Assembly (NCBI GenBank): GCA_038231275.1
Contig: JBBRLQ010000026.1
Coordinates: 1 to 64,000 of the forward strand
DNA: 64,000 bases
From: Polyangiales bacterium
GTDB taxonomy: Bacteria; Myxococcota_A; Polyangia; Polyangiales; Polyangiaceae
Reading direction: 5' to 3'
In this document: in pieces, positions 28,627 through 38,594 of the stretch
Layout of the letters: each line of letters begins with the position of its first letter
Position numbering within the stretch: position 1 is the first letter of the stretch
Notes under the pieces: generated by a model
What the model saw: the letters and a program-made list of their open reading frames with translations, nothing else
Database searches by the model: none
What the model was told of the DNA's origin: nothing
Made by a program: the position numbers and the translations under genes

Positions 28627-29301
28627 ATGAGCGAGCCGCGTCGGCGCGCCCTTCGCCTCGCAGCGCTGGCGGTGGGGGCCATCGCGATCGCGGGCGCCGC
28701 GTACACGCTCTCGCCACATGGCGCGCCTCGGCCTGTCGTTTCCTCGCCGAATCCGACGTCGAACGTTCCCGATCCGACCTCCCGCACGGCTCGCGCCTGG
28801 GCGGGTTCCGCGCGCGCGGAGGATTTCGTGGCGTCCGCGGGCGATCCCGCGACTGCTGCCGCGGCCTCCTCGCCCGCGGTCACGATCCCGCTGCCGCAGA
28901 AGCTCGGAGGCGGAAAAGACGTGTCACCCGCGACGCGCGCGATCGCGCAACGTCTCGGCCTCGTGCCGGAGGAGCTCCAGGATCTCGCGCTCGCACGAGG
29001 CGGCACCCTCCCCTCGCCGATCGTGCGTCGCCTCGACGAGGCGTACACCCGCGGCTTGACGCTGGCCCAGCGGCTCGCGGTCGATCCGCAGAAGGACGAT
29101 CTCGTCGCAAACCGCTTCGCGAATCAGCTCGTGCGCATCGATCGTGAAATGCGCCGCTCTCCGCCCGGCGCGAAGCTCGACGACGTGGTCGCCGCGGTGA
29201 CGAACGACACGCTGGAAGATCTCAAGCGGAACGTGGGACCTCAGATGGTTGACGCCGCGAAGCGAGAGCTCGCGGCCACGCCGCCGCTGCCGATGGAGTG
29301 A
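28627..29301 (+). CDS. Membrane-anchored hypothetical protein
   Basis: N-terminal TM, helical C-terminus; starts 1 nt after the collagen gene stop. Confidence 0.7.
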   Translation: MSEPRRRALRLAALAVGAIAIAGAAYTLSPHGAPRPVVSSPNPTSNVPDPTSRTARAWAGSARAEDFVASAGDPATAAAASSPAVTIPLPQKLGGGKDVSPATRAIAQRLGLVPEELQDLALARGGTLPSPIVRRLDEAYTRGLTLAQRLAVDPQKDDLVANRFANQLVRIDREMRRSPPGAKLDDVVAAVTNDTLEDLKRNVGPQMVDAAKRELAATPPLPME

Positions 29302-29336
29302 ACCGCGACCGGGATTTCGTCGTAGCCTCTTCGCCA

Positions 29337-29702
29337 ATGGTGAAGCTGCGTTGCGCGATCGTGTTCGCGAAAGATCTTCCGCGGCTCGTCGCCTTCTATC
29401 GTGACGCCTTCGGCCTCCGCGTGACGACCGACAGCCCGATGTGGGTGGAGCTCGACGCCGGCGGTGCGGCGCTCGGCGTGCACGCGATCCCGAAGCCGAT
29501 CGCCGACCAGATCGTCGTGACGTCGCCGCCCAAACGGCGAGAGGACACGCCGATCAAGCTCGTGTTCGAGGTGCCCGACCTCGACGCGGCCGTCGCGGAG
29601 CTCGCCGGCCGAGGCGCCGTCATGGACGCGCCGAACGCGTGGGGATCGTGCGATGGGCTCGACCCCGAAGGAAACGTGTTCCAGATCGCGCGCCGGGCGT
29701 GA
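29337..29702 (+). CDS. VOC/glyoxalase-family protein
   Basis: FYRDAFGL, LVFEVPDLDAA and DPEGNVFQI motifs. Confidence 0.88.
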   Translation: MVKLRCAIVFAKDLPRLVAFYRDAFGLRVTTDSPMWVELDAGGAALGVHAIPKPIADQIVVTSPPKRREDTPIKLVFEVPDLDAAVAELAGRGAVMDAPNAWGSCDGLDPEGNVFQIARRA

Positions 29703-29766
29703 CGACGCGACGACGCGACGACCAGCGCGCGCCTGACGCGCGCAGTCCGTACGCGACGCTACTCGA

Positions 29767-30435
29767 TCACGAGGCGGCGCTCGCCGTCGCACGCGCGCTC
29801 GCCTTGCGCACCCGCGTGGGGACATGCGGTCCCTCGGCGGCGAGTATCTTCTTCCAGCCCGCGGCCATCGTCTGCTCGAAGAGCGCGAGCATCTCGGCAC
29901 CGAGCTTACGTTGAGCCTCCGCGCTCATCGCGCGTCGGACCTTCGGAAAGAGCTCATCTTCCTCTTCGTCGTCATGGTTCACGAGGAAGTCCTTCAGTGT
30001 CTTCACCTTCGCCGCAAACGTCTTGTCGCTCGGCGCCGTGACCAGCGCGCGCTCCAGCGCGAAGCGGATGACCACGTGCTCCTCGTACCCTTCGAGCACG
30101 TGCGAAGGGTCGACCCCGAGAGCGCGCGGGTAAAAGATCTTCTCCTCGATCACCATGTGCGCAAGGAGCCGCGTCGCCAGGTCCTGGAGGACCGCACGCT
30201 TTCTGTCGCCCCGCGCTTCCTCGACGGCCTTGAAGAGACGCTCCAGCTCACGGTGGTGCTCCTCGAGGAGCGCGGTGGCCCTCGGCGCGTCGTCGGGCTC
30301 TGCCTTGGTGAGGAGCTTCTTGACCGTCGCGAAAAACCCCTCGCCCTCGTCGCCGGCGGGCTTGCCGGCGCCATTGCTGGAGGTTTTCTTCGTCGCGCGG
30401 GGCTTCGTGTGGTGTGCGGGTGCGGGCTTTTTCAC
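29767..30435 (-). CDS. Hemerythrin/HHE domain protein
   Basis: LEEHHRE, AHMVIEEKIFYP, EEH and HDDEEEDELFP motifs; GTG start uncertain. Confidence 0.85.
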   Translation of the reverse strand: MKKPAPAHHTKPRATKKTSSNGAGKPAGDEGEGFFATVKKLLTKAEPDDAPRATALLEEHHRELERLFKAVEEARGDRKRAVLQDLATRLLAHMVIEEKIFYPRALGVDPSHVLEGYEEHVVIRFALERALVTAPSDKTFAAKVKTLKDFLVNHDDEEEDELFPKVRRAMSAEAQRKLGAEMLALFEQTMAAGWKKILAAEGPHVPTRVRKASARATASAAS

Positions 30436-30452
30436 GGGGATGCGACGCCCTT

Positions 30453-30469
30453 CGCGAAGAGCGTGCCAA
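30453..30469 (-). promoter_or_regulatory. Sigma-54 promoter candidate
   Basis: Minus strand TTGGCACGCTCTTCGCG upstream of the hemerythrin gene. Confidence 0.5.
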
Positions 30470-30553
30470 GGCAAAGTGCTCGGCGATTTCCGTGACGCCG
30501 CGCCTCGACGCGCGATCATTTTCGCCGCACCCGTCGCCTTCTGCCACGCCGGC

Positions 30554-31768
30554 TCAGGCGTTCCAGAGGGTGCGGGACGTTCGAACGAAGAGCTCACGCG
30601 CCTCGTCGGCCGTCGGGAGGCCCGCGGCACGGACCAGCGAGTCGGGGACCGGCACCTCGAGCTCGGCTTCGAGATCACGGAGGGCACGGGCGCGCGCCTC
30701 CTCCACCCCCGCGCGCCCGGCGTCGTCGAGCGTCGCCGCCAGCCATCGCGCCGCGGCCCACGCCAGCGCCGCATGACGCGCCTCGTCGGCGGCGATGGCG
30801 GACATTTCCGCGCGCACGTCTGCGTCTTCGGCGTGCGTCGCCTGCCACGCCGCGACCACCGCACCGAAGGTCTCGCGCACGCACCCCTCGGCCGCGTTCT
30901 CGGCGGCCACGTCCTCGAGCGGACGAACCGCGCCGCGGCGCGCCTTTCCGAGCGACGGCGCGGCGCCGAACCTCCGGGCGAGACGCGCGGTGGCACGGGT
31001 ATGACGTGCTTCGTCTTTCGCGGCGCGCTGTGCGGCCCGTCGCAGCGGAGCCGGAGCGCCGTGCGCCGTCAGCTCGAGCTTCAATCGCCGGAACGCGGCG
31101 ATCGAGACCGCCTCGAGGTGTGCCGCGCGCGCGAAGTGGCTCCCGACGTCGGCGCGCGTGGAACCGGCGAACGCGTCCATGTCCGCCGGCCGGCGACCCC
31201 CGATGCAGTTGGTGCAGTCGACGACGACGCTCGATGGATCGAGGATGAAGTTGCCGTCGTCGAGGTTGGAGCAATTGTACGAAGGCACGAAGCAGCCGGC
31301 GGACGTGGCGAACCCACAGATGCGCGCGCAGTCCTGGCGGGAGAAGTAACACCCGGGTCCGCCGAAGATCGGCGCGGGGCTGCACGACGTGTAGCGATAG
31401 AAGTGATCGCACCCCCCTTCGTCGCCGGCGTCGAGGTACGCGCCTCCGTCGATCTCCGGATGCGGAGCCTTGGGGCCGTCCGCGCAGAGCGGGACGCGTC
31501 CGTCGTCGCTCGCGTCGGCCGCGACGGCCGCGTCGTCTCGTGCCGCATCGTCGGGCGCGTCGCTTGCCGCGTCTCCTCCCGTCGAGGGCGCGCCTCCTTC
31601 GTCCGGCGCCACGGTGCTCGCATCTGCCGCCTCGCCCGTGGTCGTCGTCGCATGGCACGCGTAGAGGCCGACGCCGCTGATCCCCGAGGACAAGAGCACG
31701 ATCGAGCGAATGGCGAGACGCAAGCGGGCGTGGTCGTCCTCGATCATCGGCGCGTCAAGGTGACCCAT
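30554..31768 (-). CDS. Exported protein with Cys-rich N-domain, GRRP motif and ferritin-like di-iron domain
   Basis: LEAVSIAAF, DEARH twice and ENAAEGCVRETFGA. Confidence 0.85.
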   Translation of the reverse strand: MGHLDAPMIEDDHARLRLAIRSIVLLSSGISGVGLYACHATTTTGEAADASTVAPDEGGAPSTGGDAASDAPDDAARDDAAVAADASDDGRVPLCADGPKAPHPEIDGGAYLDAGDEGGCDHFYRYTSCSPAPIFGGPGCYFSRQDCARICGFATSAGCFVPSYNCSNLDDGNFILDPSSVVVDCTNCIGGRRPADMDAFAGSTRADVGSHFARAAHLEAVSIAAFRRLKLELTAHGAPAPLRRAAQRAAKDEARHTRATARLARRFGAAPSLGKARRGAVRPLEDVAAENAAEGCVRETFGAVVAAWQATHAEDADVRAEMSAIAADEARHAALAWAAARWLAATLDDAGRAGVEEARARALRDLEAELEVPVPDSLVRAAGLPTADEARELFVRTSRTLWNA

Positions 31769-31898
31769 GCTTGCGGGGTCGTCCAGCCCGCGCGCTTCTC
31801 GGCCGGCAAAAAGTATCGGGGGGCGCTTTGCCCGTTCGTCGCGCATCACTCCGGCGTCAAAGACACGTTTTACGACGTAAACCGAAAGGCTCGCCCCC

Positions 31899-33092
31899 AT
31901 GGACCTCCGGATCGCCCGAAGCACCTGCGTTCTCCCCCTCCTCTTGTCCATCTCCGTCCTCCCGGCCATCGGCTGCGGCAAGAAGTCGAGCAACGGGACC
32001 GGATCCACCTCGGTCACGAGCTCGCTCTTCGCGAAGTCGGGGCTCCACGCCGAAGGGAACAACGCCGACCTCGTGAGCGCGGCGGAGAAGGTCCTGGCCG
32101 CGTGCGGCGCCGACTTTCGCCCGCGTCGAGGGTTCGACGACTGCCCGGCGCTCGACAAGGACTTCCGTGAGATGAAGATCCGCCGCGGGCGAGAGGACAA
32201 GACGTTCATCGCCTTCCTCGAGGACCCCGACGAGAAGGTGCGCGCGCTGGGCGTGAAGGCCCTCCACGCGTGGGGCGACGACTACAAGACCGACAAGGAT
32301 CTGGCCGCGCGTCTCGTCGGTGCGCTCGAGAAGGAGACCTGCCCGGCCATCGACGGCGCGATGGCGGATCTCGTCGCGGATCTGAACCCCGCTGACGTCG
32401 GCCTCGGCGCGCGCATCCAGGCGCTCGCGATGAAGGCGGAGACCACGACGGACGTGAAATCGTTCCTCGTGACGTGGTGGGGTCAGGATGGCGGCGGCGA
32501 CAAGAACACCTTCGCGTACGAGCTGTCGAAGCACTACGCGACGTCGACCGAGAAGCGCCTGAAGCTCGCCGCGCTCGAAGGGTACAGCGTCTTCTTCGCG
32601 ACCCACACCTCCGAGGCGTGCGGGCTGTGGTTCGATCTCATGAAGAGCGATGACACCGAGATCGCCGCGCGCTCGACGGGGCAGCTGACGGGCGGCTGGA
32701 CCGGTCTGTGGTCGGGCGATGAGGACTCGAAGTGGCAGACGTCGGGCGGGGGCCGCTCGTCCTCGTCGACGGAGACGCGCTGCAAGGAGCTGGACGCCGC
32801 GCTCGGTCTCGTCCTCGCGCGCGCCAAGGCCGGGAAGATCGACGACGCCACGTACGTGCAGTCGCTCGGGTTCGTGCTCGGCGACAAGCACGCCACCGTC
32901 GCGCAGAAGGGCGAAGCACGCACGGCGATGCACGCCATCATCGAGAACAAGGACAACGGCTGGCGACGCGGCAGCGCCATCACCGAGCTCGTGCGGCACG
33001 ATCCCTCGCAGCGCAGCTACGTGGCGCGCTTCGCGAAGGACAAGGAGCTCGCCAGCTACGTGAAGAGCGCGCTCGAGCAGAAGAAGACCTGA
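31899..33092 (+). CDS. Lipoprotein with HEAT-like helical repeats
   Basis: AIGCGKK lipobox; LEDPDEKVRALGVKAL. Confidence 0.8.
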   Translation: MDLRIARSTCVLPLLLSISVLPAIGCGKKSSNGTGSTSVTSSLFAKSGLHAEGNNADLVSAAEKVLAACGADFRPRRGFDDCPALDKDFREMKIRRGREDKTFIAFLEDPDEKVRALGVKALHAWGDDYKTDKDLAARLVGALEKETCPAIDGAMADLVADLNPADVGLGARIQALAMKAETTTDVKSFLVTWWGQDGGGDKNTFAYELSKHYATSTEKRLKLAALEGYSVFFATHTSEACGLWFDLMKSDDTEIAARSTGQLTGGWTGLWSGDEDSKWQTSGGGRSSSSTETRCKELDAALGLVLARAKAGKIDDATYVQSLGFVLGDKHATVAQKGEARTAMHAIIENKDNGWRRGSAITELVRHDPSQRSYVARFAKDKELASYVKSALEQKKT

Positions 33093-33157
33093 CGCGCCCG
33101 CGCATCTCCTCCCCTTCGCCTTGAAAGCGGCGCGGGGAGGCCCACACTGAAGGGGGG

Positions 33158-33730
33158 ATGGGTCCCTACGAGTTCGCCGCGCTGTGGATGGTCCTGCCGA
33201 TGGTGGTGGGCCTCGTCTGGATCGCGCGGCGCTTCGAAACGGACGGGGCGCCCTCGCCGGAGTTCGAGGCCTGGTGCCAGAACGCGCAGCCGGTCGTCGT
33301 CGCGATGCAGTGCGCGCCGGGTGGCGCGTCGGCGGTGGCGACGGTGATGAGCGCCGCGCTCGGACCGCGACGCGAGATCGAGCATCACCGGGGCCGCTAT
33401 CCCTGGACGAGGTATCTCTTCGAGGTCGAGATCGAGATCGAGCCGCTCCGCGACGTGGTCCTGGTCCGGCTCGCGCGCTGCGCGATGCGAAGGGGCGCGC
33501 AGCGGCGGCCCGAGCTCGGCGCCACGGTCGACCGGGTCACGCTCGGCCTCGGGGGTCATCTCGAGGCGCTCTGGATCCACGCCGAGCTGCGCGCGGAGGA
33601 CGACGCCGACGGCCCCGACCGCCGTGATCGCGGCTGGCTGACCGCGATCGCACATGGCGTCGCGGGCACCTTCGCGCCGACGCTCGGGCTCCCTCCTTGG
33701 GCCCGCCTCCCGCGCCCCGCCAACGCGTAG
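33158..33730 (+). CDS. Hypothetical membrane-anchored protein
   Basis: N-terminal TM; G-rich RBS; high-GC3 codon pattern. Confidence 0.65.
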   Translation: MGPYEFAALWMVLPMVVGLVWIARRFETDGAPSPEFEAWCQNAQPVVVAMQCAPGGASAVATVMSAALGPRREIEHHRGRYPWTRYLFEVEIEIEPLRDVVLVRLARCAMRRGAQRRPELGATVDRVTLGLGGHLEALWIHAELRAEDDADGPDRRDRGWLTAIAHGVAGTFAPTLGLPPWARLPRPANA

Positions 33731-33789
33731 CGGTGTCGTAGCGGTGCGACGAAACGCGCTCGCGGGTCCGGACTCCGGGATCCGAGATT

Positions 33790-33862
33790 TGTGCCAAGCG
33801 GCACACCCCGATCGAAAAAAAACGCCGGTTTTTCGGCATTTCGTGACGGCACGGCTCATGCT
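33790..33862 (+). promoter_or_regulatory. Sigma-54 promoter candidate with upstream palindrome and A-tract
   Basis: TGTGCC-AAGC-GGCACA at 33790-33805, an A8 tract, then ACGGCACGGCTCATGCT at 33846-33862. Confidence 0.5.
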
Positions 33863-33874
33863 GAGGAGATGGCC

Positions 33875-34579
33875 ATGCCCTCGCCGCGATCCCACTTCAT
33901 CCTGGCCGCCGTGACCGTCCTTGTCGCCGGCGTCGTCGCTGCGTGCGGCGGCAGCGTCGTCAGCCCCGACCCCGGCTCCTCGTCCAGCTCCGGGAGCAGC
34001 TCCGGCGGCAGCGGCTCGAGCTCCTCCGGCGCCTCCTCTTCTTCGGGAGGCTCCGGCTCGTCCTCGGGCACGTCCTCGTCGAGCGGCACCTCCGGCGGGA
34101 TCTGCGTCGAGGGCCAGCAAGGGCCTCCGATCTGCAACGGCGGGTGCAACGGCGGCAGAGTCCCCGAGGTCTGCGTGCAGGGTCGCTTCGTCTGCCCGCC
34201 GACGCCACCGTGCCCTCCGCCGATTTGTGGCGGCCCGCCGCCGCCGTGCTTCTGCCCCCCCAACTGCGACTGCCAAGCGACGTGCGATCCGAAGAGCGGC
34301 GGTTGGGTGTGCTCGGGCCTCTGCCCCGTCGACGCCGGCACCACGCTCTTCGCGTGCGGCGACAAGAGCTGCAACGCGGGCGACGTCTGCATCGACGTCG
34401 CGGGCAAGGACGGCGGCTTGCAGACGGGACCGTACGAGTGCCTCCCCAACCCGAGCGTCTGCGCGGGCGACTATTCGTGCGGATGCGAGATGAAGGCGCT
34501 TCAGGGGGCGGGCACGTGCACGCCAGTGAGCTGCGATCAGACGTTCGGCAACGTCGTCGTGCACTGCGCTAGCTTGTAA
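33875..34579 (+). CDS. Cys/Pro-rich lipoprotein with Ser/Gly linker
   Basis: VVAACGG lipobox; more than 20 Cys. Confidence 0.82.
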   Translation: MPSPRSHFILAAVTVLVAGVVAACGGSVVSPDPGSSSSSGSSSGGSGSSSSGASSSSGGSGSSSGTSSSSGTSGGICVEGQQGPPICNGGCNGGRVPEVCVQGRFVCPPTPPCPPPICGGPPPPCFCPPNCDCQATCDPKSGGWVCSGLCPVDAGTTLFACGDKSCNAGDVCIDVAGKDGGLQTGPYECLPNPSVCAGDYSCGCEMKALQGAGTCTPVSCDQTFGNVVVHCASL

Positions 34580-34643
34580 GCGACGCGCGGCCGACTACGC
34601 TGCGCTTGCCGCGGCGGACGGCGGTTGGTAAGGACATGCCCCC

Positions 34644-35489
34644 GTGTCCTCTTCTTCCGAGCCCGCTTCGTCGTCCGCCCAAAGCAAGCGCGCGCGTGCC
34701 CTGGTGCGCGAGCTCGACCGTCCGAACAGCGACGTGTACGAGCTCTTCGCGCAGCTCGACGCGCTGCCGAGGGAGACGGTCCTCGCCGCGCTCGCGAGCT
34801 CGACGGGTCCGTCGCGGCCGCCGGAGGAGCTCGATGACGACGTCCGCCGCGTGCACGGCTTCGCGCCGCCTGCGCTCCAACTGACGTGCACGCGCGTGGT
34901 GAAGCCTGCGGCGGGCGCACGCCTCGGCGCGACGACCGTCGAGCAGATCGAGCGCGCGTGCGCGACGTGGGACGGGCTCGCGCTTCCCCTCGGCGCGCGC
35001 GTCGCGGACGGCGAGCACGCGCTCGCGATCGAGCATCGTACGCTCGACGATCTCGACGGCATGCCGCAGTTCGATGTCGTCCTCGTCGGCGGAGACGGCG
35101 GCGCGATCTTTCGCGCGGGGACGACCGACGTGTACGCGACGGTCGCCTACGGGAAGGTCGAAGCGCGCGATCGACGCGAGCGGACGGCGCTGCAGCAGGC
35201 GTTGGACGCGCCGCTCGACGGGGACGTCGAGGAGGAGCCCGTGACGGTCGTGAAGAAGAGGAGGACGACGGCGCCGCGCAAGACGGCGACGGCGACCAAG
35301 ACCACGACCAAGACGGCGACCAAGACCAAGGCGGCGGCCAAGCCGACCACGACAAAGACCACGACCGCGACAAAGACGGCGACCAAGACCAAGACGGCGA
35401 CCAAGCCGACCGCGACAAAGACTACGACCAAGACGACTGCGAAGAAGAAGGTCGTGGCGAAGAAGACAGCGGCGCGATCACGACGTTGA
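34644..35489 (+). CDS. Hypothetical protein with Lys/Thr/Ala-rich histone-H1-like tail
   Basis: Globular N-domain followed by KTATATKTTTKTATKTK repeats. Confidence 0.75.
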   Translation: MSSSSEPASSSAQSKRARALVRELDRPNSDVYELFAQLDALPRETVLAALASSTGPSRPPEELDDDVRRVHGFAPPALQLTCTRVVKPAAGARLGATTVEQIERACATWDGLALPLGARVADGEHALAIEHRTLDDLDGMPQFDVVLVGGDGGAIFRAGTTDVYATVAYGKVEARDRRERTALQQALDAPLDGDVEEEPVTVVKKRRTTAPRKTATATKTTTKTATKTKAAAKPTTTKTTTATKTATKTKTATKPTATKTTTKTTAKKKVVAKKTAARSRR

Positions 35490-35593
35490 GGTTTGCGCGA
35501 GTCGCGCAATGTGGCCGCCCAAGTCGCGCAAGAACGGCACGGCAACGACTGAAGTAGCCAACGCCGCCGGGAGCGCTCACACTCGCCGCCACG

Positions 35594-36280
35594 ATGAGCG
35601 AGAAGCAGGAGTCGCAAGCGACCGGGCTCCGCCCCGGCGTCCTTCACTACGAGAAGCCGGAGCTGGGTCGCCATTTCTGGGTGAAGGACAACGCGCTCGC
35701 GCGCCCGACGGAGGTGACGCGACGGTGTCTCCTCCAAGATCGATGGATCCTCGGCGCGCCGCACCGCGACGAGAGCTGGCCCGGAATGCGTGCGCCAAAC
35801 GCGCTGCTCCCCGCCGAGCTCGCCGAGCTCGAAACCTGGATCGTCGCGCAGCTCGGGATCGAGGCGCTCGAACCACCGGACGCCGCGCTCTCGCACAACC
35901 ACGTTCAGCTCGTGGGCGGCGGCGAATCGGTCGCGCGACCGCACGTCGACTCGCGCGCGCGGTGCGATCTCGCCGCTGTCCTCTTCCTTCACCCGTACCC
36001 GGCGACGAAGCACTCCGGCACGTCGTTCTTCCGCCTCCGCCTCCCGGACGGCACGCTCGACGGCAACCTGTGCCCGCCTCCTCACGACGGCCTCGAGGAC
36101 GCGCTCGGCATCAAGAAGGTGCCCGTCCACGCGTGGGTCGAGGAGGTGGAGGTCACCAACGTCTACAACCGCCTCGTCGTCTATCGCCCTGATCTCGTTC
36201 ACTCCGCGACCTCGTACTTCGGCACGGAGCACACGCAGAAGCGTCTGACCGCGGTCTTTTTCTGGCGAGTACGGCGCTAG
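35594..36280 (+). CDS. 2OG-Fe(II) oxygenase-like protein (DUF6445-like)
   Basis: PHVD (HxD), GTSFF, YNRLVVY...HSA and terminal RLT motifs. Confidence 0.75.
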   Translation: MSEKQESQATGLRPGVLHYEKPELGRHFWVKDNALARPTEVTRRCLLQDRWILGAPHRDESWPGMRAPNALLPAELAELETWIVAQLGIEALEPPDAALSHNHVQLVGGGESVARPHVDSRARCDLAAVLFLHPYPATKHSGTSFFRLRLPDGTLDGNLCPPPHDGLEDALGIKKVPVHAWVEEVEVTNVYNRLVVYRPDLVHSATSYFGTEHTQKRLTAVFFWRVRR

Positions 36281-36558
36281 GCGCATATGAAATGAAGGCC
36301 CTTACACGTGCGCCGATGCGCTTACGTCGTAGGTCTTTGTGGGCCACAATCTAGAACAATTTCGCCTGGTTGGAATCGACCGGAGCTTCGCATTTGGGGT
36401 TGCCGCGCGGGACAAACCGCGGCACTGACACGGCGCCTCACAGAGGCCCGGATGTCGGACCATGCGCGCGGATGCGTGCGTGGATTTCGGGCGGCAGTGA
36501 CGACTTGAAAACCGAAACCCGCGCAGTGCCAACGCCCGCGCGAACAAAGGTCACTCAC

Positions 36559-38568
36559 ATGAAGCTTCGAACTTCGATCAAGCTCCTTGGCGCTGTCGGT
36601 CTCGCGCAGCTCATTTTCGTCGGATGCTCGGCATCGAACGACGAGTCCTCCGACGAGTCGTCGGCCGCATCGTCGGCGGGGAAGATCACGATCGTCGACG
36701 TCGACCAAGACGGCGTCCCCACGTTCGTGACCGGCAACCTCGGCGCCGCGCCGAACGCGCACGTGCTCGCCTCGAGCGCGATGGCGACGCCGCTCGCCGC
36801 GCTCACGCCGACGTTCCACGCGAAGGCCTCGAGCCTCGTCTTCATGCACGCGCACACCGACGCGATCGGCGACACGCACTTCCGCTACCGCCAGCAGCGC
36901 GACGGACGTGACGTCATCGGCGCCGAGCTCGTCATGCACGTCCGAAACGGCGCGGTCTACGCGGCGAACGGCTCGGTGCGCGACGATCTCGTCCCGAACG
37001 CGACGACCCCGGCCATCAAGCAAGCCGACGCAGTGACCGCGGCGCGCGGCGGTTCGGCGAGCCTCGTCAACCTCTCGGCCGGCGCGACGCCCGATCTCGC
37101 GTACCTCCAGCTCCCCGGCGCGATCGTCCTCGTCTACCGCGTCGACGTGACCGGCACGAAGGCCGACATGACGCCGGTGCACGACACCGTGCTCGTCGAC
37201 GCCGTCAGCGGCACGATCGCCGGCCGCATCCCGCACATCCACACCGCCGAGAACCGCCAGGTTCACGACTCGAAGAACACGTCGACGACGCCGGGCACCC
37301 TCGCCCGCAGCGAGGGCCAGGCGCCGACGGCCGATGCGGTCGTCAACGGCAACTACGACAACCTCGGTGTTACCTACGACTGCTACAAGCAGCTCTTCGC
37401 GCGCGACTCGTTCGACAACAAGGGTGCCGCGTTCATCAGCAGCGTCCACTACGGGACGAAGTACAACAACGCCTTCTGGGACGGCACGCAGATGGTCTAC
37501 GGCGACGGCGACGGCGTCGTCCTCGCGAACCTCGCGACCGAGGTCGACGTGACGGCGCACGAGCTCACCCACGCCGTGACCGAGCGTACGTCGGGCCTCA
37601 TCTACTCGGGCGAGTCGGGCGGCCTCAACGAGTCGATGTCCGACATCTTCGGCAACACGTGCGAGTGGTTCAAGGACGGCAAGCCCGCCGTTCCGCCGGA
37701 GAGCGTGTGGGAGGTCGGCGAAGGCGTCTACACGCCGGCCACGCCGGGCGACGCGCTCCGCTACATGGATGACCCGACCAAGGACGGCTCGTCGCTCGAC
37801 TTCTGGACAAGCGGCGCCGGCAACGTCGACGTGCACTACAGCTCGGGCATCTCGAACCTCGCGTTCTACCTGCTCTCGCACGGCGGATCGCACCCGCACG
37901 CCAAGTCGACGGTGGTCGTGACCGGCATCGGCATCGACAAGGCGTCGCAGATCTTCTACCGCGCCAACACGACGATCTTCACGTCGTCGACCAACTTCGC
38001 CGCCGCGCGCACCGCGACCGAGCAGGCCGCATCACAGCTCGGCTACTCCGCCGCAGAGATCGCGTCGGTCAGCGCGGCGTGGGCCGCGGTCGGCGTCGGC
38101 AAGGTCACCCCGCCGCCGCCCACGGACGCCGGCATCGACGCGAAGGACTCGGCACCGCCGCCGCCTCCCCCGCCGCCGCCGCCGGACGCGGGAAGCACCT
38201 GCTCGCACAACGAATGCTCCACCGGCAGCAAGCTGGTGAGCGGCTGCGACCCGTGCGTCACCAAGATCTGCGCGGCGGATTCGTTCTGCTGCGCGACCTC
38301 GTGGGACTCGATCTGCGTCGGTGAGGTCAAGTCGATCTGCGGCCAGACCTGCGGTGCGCCGCCTCCGCCGCCCCCGCCTCCGCCGCCCACCGACGGCGGC
38401 ACCAACACGTGCAGCCACCCGCTGTGCACCGTCGGCAGCAAGCTGACGAAGACGTGCGACCCGTGCGCCACCAAGATCTGCGCAGCCGACTCGTTCTGCT
38501 GCGCGACCTCGTGGGACTCGATCTGCGTCGGCGAGGTGAAGTCGATCTGCGGCCAGACCTGCAACTGA
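36559..38568 (+). CDS. M4 (thermolysin-like) metalloprotease, lipoprotein-type signal, two Cys-rich C-terminal repeats
   Basis: FTP/PepSY propeptide, NNAFWDG, HELTH, GLNESMSD and VHYSSG motifs. Confidence 0.95.
   Translation: MKLRTSIKLLGAVGLAQLIFVGCSASNDESSDESSAASSAGKITIVDVDQDGVPTFVTGNLGAAPNAHVLASSAMATPLAALTPTFHAKASSLVFMHAHTDAIGDTHFRYRQQRDGRDVIGAELVMHVRNGAVYAANGSVRDDLVPNATTPAIKQADAVTAARGGSASLVNLSAGATPDLAYLQLPGAIVLVYRVDVTGTKADMTPVHDTVLVDAVSGTIAGRIPHIHTAENRQVHDSKNTSTTPGTLARSEGQAPTADAVVNGNYDNLGVTYDCYKQLFARDSFDNKGAAFISSVHYGTKYNNAFWDGTQMVYGDGDGVVLANLATEVDVTAHELTHAVTERTSGLIYSGESGGLNESMSDIFGNTCEWFKDGKPAVPPESVWEVGEGVYTPATPGDALRYMDDPTKDGSSLDFWTSGAGNVDVHYSSGISNLAFYLLSHGGSHPHAKSTVVVTGIGIDKASQIFYRANTTIFTSSTNFAAARTATEQAASQLGYSAAEIASVSAAWAAVGVGKVTPPPPTDAGIDAKDSAPPPPPPPPPPDAGSTCSHNECSTGSKLVSGCDPCVTKICAADSFCCATSWDSICVGEVKSICGQTCGAPPPPPPPPPPTDGGTNTCSHPLCTVGSKLTKTCDPCATKICAADSFCCATSWDSICVGEVKSICGQTCN
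38197..38562 (+). repeat. Intragenic duplication of a 52-aa, 10-Cys domain
   Basis: Copies at 38197-38352 and 38407-38562; last 31 aa identical. Confidence 0.92.
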
Positions 38569-38594
38569 GGTAGCGAAAGACGGACCTCCTCGCG

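Noticed and set aside
36281..36558. Long leader of the M4 protease gene as a possible riboswitch
   Set aside because: Only generic GC hairpins; no recognisable aptamer consensus.
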